From Vicinamibacterales bacterium (GTDB lineage Bacteria; Acidobacteriota; Vicinamibacteria; Vicinamibacterales; UBA8438): a stretch of DNA of 64,000 bases. Position numbers and translations under genes: made by a program. Of the stretch, positions 8,161-16,935 are shown piece by piece; position 1 is the stretch's first letter; each line of letters starts with the position of its first letter. The stretch lies in the NCBI GenBank assembly GCA_965202655.1, contig CBDBBK010000002.1, positions 1,170,528 through 1,234,527 of the forward strand, in the 5' to 3' direction. The notes beneath the pieces were generated by a model. That model was given only the letters and a program-made list of their open reading frames with translations. It was not told the DNA's origin and did no database searches.

Positions 8161-8844
8161 ATGGCCGAGTTCTTCCGGATCGCCTGGCTCGTGATGCGGA
8201 AGGACATCCGCGTCGAGTCGCGCAGCCGCGAGATGATCTACACGACCACGTTCTTCGCGGTGTCGTGCGTTCTGGTCTTCTCGTTCGCCTTCGTTCGCGG
8301 CGGCACGCCGGTCGAAGGGGCGGAGGCGGGAATCATCTGGGTGGCGCTCGCCTATGCCGGGCAGCTCGCCCTGGGGCGCGCGTTCGAGCGCGAGCTGCAC
8401 CACGACGCGCTCCGCGGGCTGCTGCTCGCCCCGGCGGAGCGCTCCGCCATCTTCGTCGGCAAGCTGTTCGGCATCATCCTGCTGATGGCGGTGGTCGAGG
8501 CGGTGGTCGTCTTTTTCGTCGCGCTCTTCTTCGACGCTCCGCTCTTTGCGCACGCCTTCCTCCTGATCGGCCTGCTGGCGGCCGGCACGCTCGGCTTTGC
8601 GGCGGTCGGCGCCCTGTTCGCGGCGATGCTGACGCGGACCGAGAGCCGCGCCGTGCTGTTGCCGGTGCTGCTCTATCCGATCACGGTGCCCGTATTGATC
8701 GCGGGGGTAAGCGGTACGCTCTCGCTGATTCAGGCCGATCCGAACCTCGATCTGGCGCGCTTCTGGCTGGCCCTCATTGTCTTCTTCGACGCGGTGTTCC
8801 TGACCCTGGCGTTATGGACATTCGAGCCGCTCATGACAGAATGA
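8161..8844 (+). CDS. ccmB: Heme exporter permease CcmB
   Basis: Six predicted TM helices. N-terminus AWLVMRKDIRVESRSRE typical of CcmB. Located between ccmA and ccmC. Confidence 0.85.
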   Translation: MAEFFRIAWLVMRKDIRVESRSREMIYTTTFFAVSCVLVFSFAFVRGGTPVEGAEAGIIWVALAYAGQLALGRAFERELHHDALRGLLLAPAERSAIFVGKLFGIILLMAVVEAVVVFFVALFFDAPLFAHAFLLIGLLAAGTLGFAAVGALFAAMLTRTESRAVLLPVLLYPITVPVLIAGVSGTLSLIQADPNLDLARFWLALIVFFDAVFLTLALWTFEPLMTE

Positions 8845-8848
8845 CGGC

Positions 8849-9514
8849 ATGCAGGGACGCTGGCCGACGGTCTGGCTCGTCGTCGCGGCGGCGATGTTCG
8901 CCGTCGCGCCGATCCTGATTGCCCAGGCCCCGAACGAGGCGACGATGGGGCTCGTGGCGAAGATCTTCTATTTCCACGTGCCGGCCTGGTTCGCGATGTT
9001 CGTGGCCATCTTCATCTGCGGCATCGCCAGCGGCATCTACCTCTTCCGGGAGCAGGCGTCGGCCGACCGGCTGGCCGTATCCGCGGCGGAGTTGGCGGTG
9101 CTCTTCGGCGCGATGGGCCTCATCACCGGCCCGCTCTGGGCGCGCGTCTCGTGGGGCGTCTGGTGGGAGTGGGACGTCCGGATTACGCTGGCGCTGATCC
9201 TGGAGATGATCTTCATCGCCTACCTGCTGCTCCGCACCTACGGCGGCCCGGGATCCGAGAAACTGGCCGCGGGTCTTGCCCTTTTCGGCGTCTTCAACGT
9301 GCCGTTCGTCTACATCTCGGTCAACGTCTGGCGCACGATCCACCCGGAGACATCGGTGGTACCGACGTTGCCTCTCGACATGGGCCTTCCGTTCTGGTGG
9401 TGCGTCGCAGCGTACCTGGTGCTGTTCATGGCGATGCTGAGCGCGCGCCGCCGCCTGGAAGACCAGCGCGCCGCGCTCGACGAGCTGCGTCTGGCCTACG
9501 ACGAGGACGTATGA
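8849..9514 (+). CDS. ccmC: Heme exporter/heme-handling protein CcmC
   Basis: WWD motif WGVWWEWDVRIT, conserved His (FYFHVP, RTIHPE), multiple TM helices. Confidence 0.9.
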   Translation: MQGRWPTVWLVVAAAMFAVAPILIAQAPNEATMGLVAKIFYFHVPAWFAMFVAIFICGIASGIYLFREQASADRLAVSAAELAVLFGAMGLITGPLWARVSWGVWWEWDVRITLALILEMIFIAYLLLRTYGGPGSEKLAAGLALFGVFNVPFVYISVNVWRTIHPETSVVPTLPLDMGLPFWWCVAAYLVLFMAMLSARRRLEDQRAALDELRLAYDEDV

Positions 9515-9828
9515 CGATGCGACGGACGATGCGTTGGTTGATGACGACGGCGGCAATCCTGATCGCCGGGGCGATCGTGGTGTCTGCGACGGGCGTGGCG
9601 GCGGCGCAGCCGGAGCAGGTGAACGAATTCGTTCCGATCGACGAGTTGCCGCCAGAGGATCGGTTGCCGGCGGCGCCGTTCCTGGTTGCGGCCTACTCGA
9701 TCGTCTGGCTGCTGGCGTTCGGCTACTTCTGGGGCCTGTCCCGGCGCCTGAGCGGCGTGGAACGGGATGTGCAGGACCTGCGGCGGAGCTCCGGCGGCGG
9801 CGACGGCAGCGGGGAAGGGGCCGGCTGA
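9511..9828 (+). CDS. CcmD-like small membrane protein (alternative CcmD family, tentative)
   Basis: ATG 9511 overlaps the ccmC stop (ATGA). N-terminal signal or TM segment, then a second TM segment FLVAAYSIVWLLAFGYFWGLSRRL followed by a charged tail. Position after ccmC matches ccmD. The family call is from memory of the CcmD_alt pattern only. Confidence 0.5.
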   Translation: MTMRRTMRWLMTTAAILIAGAIVVSATGVAAAQPEQVNEFVPIDELPPEDRLPAAPFLVAAYSIVWLLAFGYFWGLSRRLSGVERDVQDLRRSSGGGDGSGEGAG

Positions 9829-9995
9829 TGTTCGACATGACCGCCGGCCATTTCATCTTCATCCCGGCCGTCCTTCTGTTCGGCATCGTGATTGGCTGGA
9901 TCCTCGGCTCGCGCGCCGCGGCCGACGCGTACGCGGCGGAGTTGCGGCGCCGTGAGGAACGCGCGGCGCGGAAGGCAAGGGCTGACGCAGCATGA
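9828..9995 (+). CDS. 55-aa single-TM micro-protein, unknown function
   Basis: ATG 9828 overlaps the preceding stop (TGATG). Sequence MFDMTAGHFIFIPAVLLFGIVIGWILGSRAAADAYAAELRRREERAARKARADAA: one TM helix plus a basic helix. Coding status not proven. Confidence 0.4.
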   Translation: MFDMTAGHFIFIPAVLLFGIVIGWILGSRAAADAYAAELRRREERAARKARADAA

Positions 9996-9999
9996 CACC

Positions 10000-10500
10000 G
10001 TGCGGACGGACAAGATCTTCCTCGTAGGCTTCATGGCGGCGGGCAAGTCGACCGTCGCCGATGGGCTGGCGCGGCGGCTCGACTGGCGCTCCGAGGACAT
10101 CGACAGCCTCATCGAGACACGCGAGCGGTCCACGGTAGCGGACATCTTCGCGACCCATGGCGAAGCACGCTTCCGGAGCATCGAGCGGTCCGTGCTCGAC
10201 GAGCTCCTGCCGTTGCGCCACACCGTCGTCGCGACCGGCGGCGGGACTTTCGCGGATCCGGAGAACCGGCGGCGAATCAATGCGGACGGCGCGTCCGTCT
10301 GGCTCGACGTGACGTTCGACACCGTGGTCGACCGGCTGCCCGCCGATGGCCGCCGTCCCCTGGCGGCGGATCGCGCGAACATGGAAGCGCTCTTCCGCGC
10401 GCGCCAGTCCGCCTACCAGCAGGCCCATCTCCGTCTGGACGCCAACCGCGCCCCGGCCGGCGAGCTGGTCGACCGAATCCTCGACTGGCTCGGAGAATGA
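10000..10500 (+). CDS. aroK: Shikimate kinase
   Basis: P-loop GFMAAGKST, motifs ATGGG and RPLA, and a typical length of about 166 aa from GTG 10000. The track ORF from TTG 9892 overlaps the micro-protein and is probably too long. Confidence 0.85.
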   Translation: MRTDKIFLVGFMAAGKSTVADGLARRLDWRSEDIDSLIETRERSTVADIFATHGEARFRSIERSVLDELLPLRHTVVATGGGTFADPENRRRINADGASVWLDVTFDTVVDRLPADGRRPLAADRANMEALFRARQSAYQQAHLRLDANRAPAGELVDRILDWLGE

Positions 10501-10539
10501 CGCGGCGCCCGACGCTGAACGGGAGATCCGCGGGGTGCG

Positions 10540-11853
10540 CTACCGGCGGAGGGCGTCCAGCGCTGCGAAAAAGCCGGGGTAGGACACTTCGACGGCTTCG
10601 GCGCCGGTAATCGTCGACCGCCTGTCACAGGCGAGGGCGGCGACGGCGAACGCCATCGCCAGGCGGTGGTCGCCGGCAGCGTCGGCCGTGCCGCCGGACG
10701 GGCGTTCGCGGCGTTCGGCGTGAAAGCCGTCGGGCCGTTCGTCGACCGGGATGCCAAGCGCGCGGAGACCGGTGGCGAACGCGGCGATGCGATCGCTCTC
10801 CTTGTGGCGCAGCTCCCCGGCGCCGCTCACCGTCACCGGGACGCCATGCGCCGCCAGCGCCCCGATCACCGGCAGTTCGTCGATCAGCCCCGGCACCTCC
10901 GCCGGGCCGATCGCGATCGGCCGCAGCCTGCCTCCCCGGACGGAGACGTCACCCTCCGGTTCGCCGGCCGCATCGCCGGCCGGCCGCGTCTCGATCGCCG
11001 CTCCGGCTCCGCGCAGCAGGTCGACGAAGGCGGTCCGGGTCGGATTCAGCCCGATGCCCTCCATCGTCACCTGCGAGCCGGGCAGCGCCGCGGCCGCCGC
11101 CACCCAGAACGCGGCCGCCGACGGATCGCCCGGCACCGTGAGGTCCTTCCCCCGCAGGCGCGCGCCACCGGTAACCGCAATCGCGCCGGCCTCCCGCACC
11201 ACCCGGACGCCGAATGCGGCCAGCGCGCGCTCGGTGTGATCGCGCGTCGGCGCCGGCTCCCGCACGCGGGTCGTTCCCGTCGCCTGCAGGCCGGCCAACA
11301 GCACCGCGCTCTTTACCTGGGCGCTGGCAACGGGTGGCGTGTAGTCGATGGCCGTGAGCGCGCCGCCGGCAATGGTCAGCGGAGGCCGCCCTCCCTCCGC
11401 TGTGTCTATCCGCGCGCCCATCGCGGTCAATGGCTTGGTGACCCGCTGCATCGGCCTGCGGCTGAGCGAAGCGTCGCCCACCAGCGTCGTAGCAAACGGA
11501 CGCCCCGCGAGAATGCCGGCCAGCAGGCGCATCGTCGTGCCGGAATTGCCCGCATCGAGCGGCGCGTCGGGCGGCCGCCAGGCCGCCGGGCCCTCACCCG
11601 CCACCGTCACCGTCAGCCGTTCGCCGTCCGGGTCGGGCGTGGTTTCCACCGGCACGCCAAGGCCCTGCAGGCAGGTCAGGGTGGACCGGCAGTCGGCCCC
11701 GGCGGAGTAACCGGTAATGGTGGAGGTTCCCTCGGCCAGCGCGGCGAGCAGCGCGTAGCGGTGCGAAATCGACTTGTCGCCGGGCACCCGCAGCCGCCCG
11801 CGCAATTGGTCCGCCGGCGCGACGACGGCCGCGGCCGACTTTCCGCCGGGCAT
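10540..11853 (-). CDS. aroA: 3-phosphoshikimate 1-carboxyvinyltransferase (EPSP synthase)
   Basis: LRVPGDKSISHRYALLAALAEG, GNSGTTMRLLAG, LRHKESDRI, DHRLAMAFAVAAL. A TAACAT box (complement of 11860-11865) lies 6 nt upstream of ATG 11853. Confidence 0.95.
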   Translation of the reverse strand: MPGGKSAAAVVAPADQLRGRLRVPGDKSISHRYALLAALAEGTSTITGYSAGADCRSTLTCLQGLGVPVETTPDPDGERLTVTVAGEGPAAWRPPDAPLDAGNSGTTMRLLAGILAGRPFATTLVGDASLSRRPMQRVTKPLTAMGARIDTAEGGRPPLTIAGGALTAIDYTPPVASAQVKSAVLLAGLQATGTTRVREPAPTRDHTERALAAFGVRVVREAGAIAVTGGARLRGKDLTVPGDPSAAAFWVAAAAALPGSQVTMEGIGLNPTRTAFVDLLRGAGAAIETRPAGDAAGEPEGDVSVRGGRLRPIAIGPAEVPGLIDELPVIGALAAHGVPVTVSGAGELRHKESDRIAAFATGLRALGIPVDERPDGFHAERRERPSGGTADAAGDHRLAMAFAVAALACDRRSTITGAEAVEVSYPGFFAALDALRR

Positions 11854-11928
11854 CGGCGGATGTTAGCGGATCGTGCCTTGCCACGCCTCGCGGAGCGCGG
11901 TATCGTACGGTAATCCCGACCGAACCGC

Positions 11929-12372
11929 ATGCCTCACCCCGGCGCCCGGGTCCGCATCGATTTTTGCGCTCAGGCTGATGTGCTGGATCTGATCCACACG
12001 GTGACCGACCACCTGAGCCGTGCCGGAGGACTCGACGATGACGCGACGCACTGGGTCGGCGTCGCCGTCCGCGAGGGGGTCGTCAACGCGATCCGGCATG
12101 GTTGCAACGACGACACGACGAAACGGATCATGGTGGAACTGAGCCTCGAGCCGTCCGAGCGGCCGGCGGAGCTGGTGGTTCGCGTCATCGATCCCGGCGA
12201 AGGGTTCGACCCCGACGACGTCGCGGATCCCCTCGCGGAAGAGAACCTGCTCAAGCCGAGCGGCCGCGGCATCTTCTTCATGCGCCGGCTGATGGACGAG
12301 GTTACGCTGCGCCGTCCCCCGGAGGGAGGCATGGAAGTGCGCATGGTGAAGCGACTGGGTCCGGCCGCATGA
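11929..12372 (+). CDS. Anti-sigma regulatory factor, RsbW/SpoIIAB-like serine protein kinase (HATPase_c)
   Basis: N-box AVREGVVNAIRHG, G1 box VIDPGEGFD, G2 box SGRGIFFMRRLMDEV. About 147 aa, typical for this family. Confidence 0.75.
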   Translation: MPHPGARVRIDFCAQADVLDLIHTVTDHLSRAGGLDDDATHWVGVAVREGVVNAIRHGCNDDTTKRIMVELSLEPSERPAELVVRVIDPGEGFDPDDVADPLAEENLLKPSGRGIFFMRRLMDEVTLRRPPEGGMEVRMVKRLGPAA

Positions 12373-13196
12373 CGCGGACCCCGATAGATCCGCTGTGGAT
12401 CGCGACCGCCGCCGAGGTGGTGCTGCATGCCGGCGCGATGCAGCGCGAACGTTTCGGCACGGATGTCGCGATCGACAAGAAGGGCGTCATCGATCTCGTG
12501 ACGCAGGTCGACGTCGACATCGAGCGCTGGTTTCGCGCGATGATCGCCGAGCGTTTCCCGGACCACCGCGTCCTGGCGGAGGAGCTGGCGACCGAAGCGG
12601 AGGCTCCGCCGGCGGCGGGGCGGACCGACTATTGCTGGGTGTTCGATCCGATCGACGGCACCATCAACTTCACGCACGGCCTGCCCATCTTCTGTGCGTC
12701 GCTGGCGCTCGAGATTGACGGTGTTCCGTCGGTGGCGGCGATCTACGACCCGATGCGCGAGGAGCTCTTCACGGCGGAACTGGGGGGCGGGGCGCGGCTC
12801 AATGGCGTGCCGTTGCGGGTTTCCGACACCGACAACCTCGTCGACGCCATGCTCTGCACCGGCTTCCCGTATGATGTGCACGAGACAGTCGACGAGGTGG
12901 TGGCGCTGTTCGGGGCGTTCATCGCGGAGTCGCGCGCGATCCGCCGGCTCGGTTCCGCCGCCATCGATCTCTGCTACGTCGCTGCGGGCCGTTTCGACGG
13001 TTTCTGGGAGGAACGGCTCCATCCCTGGGATATCGCGGCGGGCGCGCTGCTCGTGACCGAGGCGGGCGGCATGGTGAGCGGCCTGGGCGGAGAGCCGTTC
13101 GTCTCGCGCGACGGATCGATCGTGGCATCGAACGGCCGGATCCACGAGAGAATGCTCGAGACGATCCGCCGGCGTTCCCTGCAGCGGACACGCTGA
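12369..13196 (+). CDS. suhB: Inositol monophosphatase family protein (SuhB-like)
   Basis: ATG 12369 overlaps the upstream stop (ATGA). Motifs AEE, WVFDPIDGTINF, WDIAAGALLVTEAGG. Confidence 0.9.
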   Translation: MTRTPIDPLWIATAAEVVLHAGAMQRERFGTDVAIDKKGVIDLVTQVDVDIERWFRAMIAERFPDHRVLAEELATEAEAPPAAGRTDYCWVFDPIDGTINFTHGLPIFCASLALEIDGVPSVAAIYDPMREELFTAELGGGARLNGVPLRVSDTDNLVDAMLCTGFPYDVHETVDEVVALFGAFIAESRAIRRLGSAAIDLCYVAAGRFDGFWEERLHPWDIAAGALLVTEAGGMVSGLGGEPFVSRDGSIVASNGRIHERMLETIRRRSLQRTR

Positions 13197-13230
13197 CCCC
13201 CTGGCGAGACAGGCGCGCGCACGGTCACCT

Positions 13231-13335
13231 TGCCTGTATTAATAAATTACGGCATTAACGTTACTACAGGTGTTGCTTTTGTGGATGCATGATGTAGTTT
13301 ATCGCACAATATATTAATAAGGATATGCTATCGCC
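13231..13335. promoter_or_regulatory. AT-rich island with direct repeat TATTAATAA (13237-13245 and 13312-13320)
   Basis: About 105 bp of strongly AT-rich sequence (tgcctgtattaataaattacggcattaacg...atatattaataaggatatgc) in an otherwise GC-rich window, inside the 211-bp gap upstream of the beta-barrel gene. The function (promoter, UP element, binding sites) is not resolved. Confidence 0.4.
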
Positions 13336-13407
13336 CCGGATCGTGAGATTGGCATCGATCCTGCATGAGTGAGAACCCATGGACAGCCGGATGGCCGGGA
13401 GGACCTC

Positions 13408-14121
13408 ATGCAACGCCTTTCGACGCTCAGGACGATAGCGGCCGGCGCAGCAGCGGGCGCGGTGGCGCTCACGATCGGTGCGGCGCCCGCCCTGGCGCAG
13501 CAGTCACTCACCCTCGGGTATGGACAGTTCAGCCCGAAGGATGTCGACAGCCGGATCGATCGTGACGTCGTGCTGACGAACCTCGACTTGTTCGCCATCC
13601 GCGTGGGCGACTTCGACGGCCGGTCCCTGACCGGCAGCTGGAACGTGGGGCTGGGCGATCACCTGGAGGCGAGCTTCGGCCTCGGTTTCTACCAGCGGAC
13701 GGTGCCCAGCGTCTACGCCGACTACCTCAACGAGAACGGGTCAGAGATAGCCCAGGACTTCCGCCTGCGGATCGTCCCGGCTACGGCCACGGTGCGCGTA
13801 TTGCCGTTCGGGCGCTCGGCGGTGCAGCCGTTCTTCGGTGTCGGCGTCGGACTGTACGCCTGGCGCTACGCTGAATTCGGCGAGTTCATCGACTTCTACG
13901 ACTTCAGCGTCTTCTCCGACCGTTTCGTAGCCACCGGGACCGACCCCGGAGGGATCATCCTGGGCGGGATTCGCGTTCCGATGGGTGATGCGTGGTCCAT
14001 CGGCGTGGAGTTGCAGTACCACCAGGCATCGGGAGTCGTCGGACTGGAGAACGGCTTTCTCGAGGACGAACTCGACCTGGGCGGCCTGACGTCCCAGGTG
14101 ACGTTCGGCGTCCAGTTCTGA
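13408..14121 (+). CDS. Outer-membrane beta-barrel protein (OmpW/porin-like small barrel)
   Basis: ATG 13408 preceded by GGGAGGA. Signal peptide ending APALAQQ. Alternating amphipathic beta-strand pattern. C-terminal QVTFGVQF with a terminal Phe. Confidence 0.7.
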   Translation: MQRLSTLRTIAAGAAAGAVALTIGAAPALAQQSLTLGYGQFSPKDVDSRIDRDVVLTNLDLFAIRVGDFDGRSLTGSWNVGLGDHLEASFGLGFYQRTVPSVYADYLNENGSEIAQDFRLRIVPATATVRVLPFGRSAVQPFFGVGVGLYAWRYAEFGEFIDFYDFSVFSDRFVATGTDPGGIILGGIRVPMGDAWSIGVELQYHQASGVVGLENGFLEDELDLGGLTSQVTFGVQF

Positions 14122-14155
14122 TCGCCAGTGCGCGGCCGGCCCCTGCAGGCAGCGG

Positions 14156-14434
14156 TCAGCCGCCGAGCAGGGCCGCGGAGAGGACGCTGACGACCGCCAG
14201 CATCGTGGCCGCAAGCGTGCCGGTAAGCCAGAGGAACCGGCGATCGAAACGCTGTTCCATCGCCTCGAACCGCCGGTCCATCGATTCGAACCGGCGGTCC
14301 ACCGCGTCGAATCGCTGGTCCATCCGGTTGCCCAGTTCGATGATTGCTTCGCGCAGCCCGTCGATCCGGTTTGCGTTTTCCGCCACCTTGTGCTCGACGA
14401 CGGTCAGTCTCTCTTCTACAGTCCTGACGGCCAC
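14156..14434 (-). CDS. Tail-anchored coiled-coil protein with RFxxMDx heptad repeats
   Basis: GTG 14434 preceded by GAGGAGG (complement of 14440-14446) with a 5-nt spacer. Repeats MDQRFDAVDRRFESMDRRFEAMEQRFDRRF. C-terminal TM helix LWLTGTLAATMLAVVSVLSAALLGG. The track ORF start at 14518 lacks any start signal. Confidence 0.55.
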   Translation of the reverse strand: MAVRTVEERLTVVEHKVAENANRIDGLREAIIELGNRMDQRFDAVDRRFESMDRRFEAMEQRFDRRFLWLTGTLAATMLAVVSVLSAALLGG

Positions 14435-14613
14435 TCGTACCTCCTCAGTATAGGTCGTCGCACCTTCTTGCACGACACCGCGTCCCGCTATGCAGGATGC
14501 AAGAAGCGTGCCACGCACTGCTACTGCCCGCTAACTCGGCAGGACGCCTGTCCGCTGCTGATAGACTTCCTGCCCGCGCGGACAACTGCGTGGCCGAAGG
14601 AAACCGCGGGCCT

Positions 14614-16899
14614 GTGGTCCTGAACCAAGTGCAGCACAGAAACGAGCGGTTTCCCGCTTCGCGGGCGTGTCGCCTCGCCGCCTGGGCGCTGGCGCTGTCG
14701 GTCGCCGGGGGCGCGGCGGACGCTCTCGCCCAGCCGGTGGTGAGCGCCGTCCGGGTGGAGCAGGCGCCCGTCATCGACGGGCTGCTGGACGACGACGCGT
14801 GGAACAACGCGGCCCGACTCTCCACCTTCGTGCAGACGGCCCCGGTCGAGGGTGCCGCAGCCACCGAGCCGACCGACGTCTACCTCGCCTATGACGGGGA
14901 GAACCTGTACGTCGGCATCCGTGCGCGCTACGCTGACACCGGCCTCATGCGGGCCAACCGCGCCGACCGCGACCAGATCGCGGAGGACGATACCGTCTCG
15001 CTGTTCTTCGACCCGTTCCGCGACCGGCAGCGCGCGTACCAGTTCACCGTGAACGGCTTCGGCGTGCAGGGCGACGCCATTCTGAATTCGACGGGCCTGC
15101 GCAACCGGTCTCAGCGCCGGGCCATCGGGACGCAGGGTAGAGGCCCGTCGGAGACACCTCCCAACGGCATTCCGGAGGGTGACATCTCCTGGGATGCGCT
15201 CTTTGTCTCGGCCGGCGCGCCCTCGGACGATGGCTGGACGGCGGAGATGGCGATTCCCTTCAAGAGTCTGCGGTATCCGGCCGTGAACGCGGGCGATTCA
15301 CACCGCTGGGGCTTCCAGGTCTCCCGGGCGATCCAGGGGAAGGACGAGACGGCCGTCTGGTCCCCGGTCTCCCGCAATATCGCGCAGTTCCTGGCCCAGA
15401 TGGGAGTGCTGGAAGGGCTCGCGGACCTGTCGACCGGCCGCAACCTGGAGATCCTGCCCACGGTCACTGCGTTCCGCGCAGGATCCCTCGATGCCGCCGG
15501 AGCGTTCACCGACGACGATGTGGCCGAGGCGGGGCTCAACGTGAAGTACGGCATCTCGTCGGACCTTACCGCCGACTTCACGATCAACCCGGACTTCTCG
15601 CAGATCGAGTCGGACCTGCCCCAGATCGACGTGAATCAGCGGTTTCCGCTCTTCTATCCCGAGCTGCGGCCGTTCTTCCTCGAGGGGCAGGAGATCTTCA
15701 ACGTCTTCGCCCCGATTACGCCCATCCATACCCGGACGATCATCGATCCGCGCTACGGCGGGAAGGTGAGCGGGAAGGTGGGCCGGAGCTCGGTCGGCGT
15801 CCTGTTCGCGGACGACGAGGCGCCCGGGAAGCGGGAGGATCCGTCGGACCCGGCGTTCGGCCGGACCGCCAACGTGGCGATCGGCCGCGCGCGCTTCGAC
15901 CTCTACCCGGAGTCGTTCGTCGGGGCAACGGTGACGAACCGCGACTTCATGGACAGTTACAGCCGGATGTTCGCGTTCGACTCCAACATGCGGCTCGGCG
16001 CCACCAACCGCTGGAACGTCTTCGTGTCCAGGTCGTGGCACCGCGACGAGCAGGGGATCGAACGCGTAGGCGAAGCGATGGGGACGTTCTTCAATCACGT
16101 GGGGCGAAACGTGAACTTCTCCGCCTTCTACGGCGGCACCAGCCCCGACTTCCGCATCGACACCGGCTTCGTGCGGCGCGTCGACGACAAGCGCATGTTC
16201 ACCAATCTCTCCTACCGCTGGTGGCCGGAGCACTGGCTGGTGAACTGGGGTCCCCGCGTACGGTACGGACGGAACTACTCGTTCGAGAACGTGCTGATGG
16301 ACGAAACCGTCGGCGGCGGTCTCGACTTCAACTTCGCACGCAACGTCCGGCTCGGGTTGAGCGCGGAGCGGGCGCTCGAACGGTACGGCGGCATCGATTT
16401 CTGGAAGTGGAACCACGGTGTCGACTTCGACATCAACGCCAGCCGGCGGATCGCGCTGGTGGGCAGTTTCTCGTGGGGCGAATCGATCCGCTACACCGGA
16501 ATGCCGTTCCTCGGCCGTGGCCGCCTCGGTAGCCTGACCGCGATCTTCCGCCCGGTCTCGCGGTTGCAGTCGCAGTTGAACGTCGAACTGAGCCGACTCG
16601 ACGATCCGCGCACCGAGATGCTGGTATTCGACATCCGGGTGCTGCGGGCACTCACCACTTTCCAGTTCACCGAGCGGCTGCTGCTGCGGAACATCATGGA
16701 GTACAACTCGTTCGACGGGACCATCGACGGCAACCTGCTGCTGACCTACCGCGTCAACTCCGGGACGGTGTTCTACCTCGGCTACGACGGCCACTACCAG
16801 CAGGAGGACAGGCTGGATCCCCTGCTCTACTTCACCGATCGGTACCGCCGGACCAACCGCGCGATCTTCACGAAGCTCTCGTACCTCTTCCGCTACTGA
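14614..16899 (+). CDS. Outer-membrane protein with CBM9/DOMON-like N-domain and DUF5916-like barrel
   Basis: N-domain APVIDGLLDDDAWNNAARLSTF...DVYLAYDGENLYVGIRA. Long beta-rich C-terminal region ending FTKLSYLFRY. Start uncertain (GTG 14614 or GTG 14629); signal peptide RACRLAAWALALSVAGGAADALAQ. Confidence 0.7.
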   Translation: MVLNQVQHRNERFPASRACRLAAWALALSVAGGAADALAQPVVSAVRVEQAPVIDGLLDDDAWNNAARLSTFVQTAPVEGAAATEPTDVYLAYDGENLYVGIRARYADTGLMRANRADRDQIAEDDTVSLFFDPFRDRQRAYQFTVNGFGVQGDAILNSTGLRNRSQRRAIGTQGRGPSETPPNGIPEGDISWDALFVSAGAPSDDGWTAEMAIPFKSLRYPAVNAGDSHRWGFQVSRAIQGKDETAVWSPVSRNIAQFLAQMGVLEGLADLSTGRNLEILPTVTAFRAGSLDAAGAFTDDDVAEAGLNVKYGISSDLTADFTINPDFSQIESDLPQIDVNQRFPLFYPELRPFFLEGQEIFNVFAPITPIHTRTIIDPRYGGKVSGKVGRSSVGVLFADDEAPGKREDPSDPAFGRTANVAIGRARFDLYPESFVGATVTNRDFMDSYSRMFAFDSNMRLGATNRWNVFVSRSWHRDEQGIERVGEAMGTFFNHVGRNVNFSAFYGGTSPDFRIDTGFVRRVDDKRMFTNLSYRWWPEHWLVNWGPRVRYGRNYSFENVLMDETVGGGLDFNFARNVRLGLSAERALERYGGIDFWKWNHGVDFDINASRRIALVGSFSWGESIRYTGMPFLGRGRLGSLTAIFRPVSRLQSQLNVELSRLDDPRTEMLVFDIRVLRALTTFQFTERLLLRNIMEYNSFDGTIDGNLLLTYRVNSGTVFYLGYDGHYQQEDRLDPLLYFTDRYRRTNRAIFTKLSYLFRY

Positions 16900-16935
16900 C
16901 CGGTCTGCCGGCGCGGACGCGTCCGTCAGCGAGTG

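Noticed and set aside
14447-14452. TATACT box upstream of the tail-anchored protein gene, considered as another leaderless promoter
   Set aside because: The box directly abuts a perfect GAGGAGG SD (14440-14446) that sits 5 nt before GTG 14434. A transcription start 6-8 nt after the box would remove the SD. The two signals are mutually exclusive, so I did not count it in the leaderless set.
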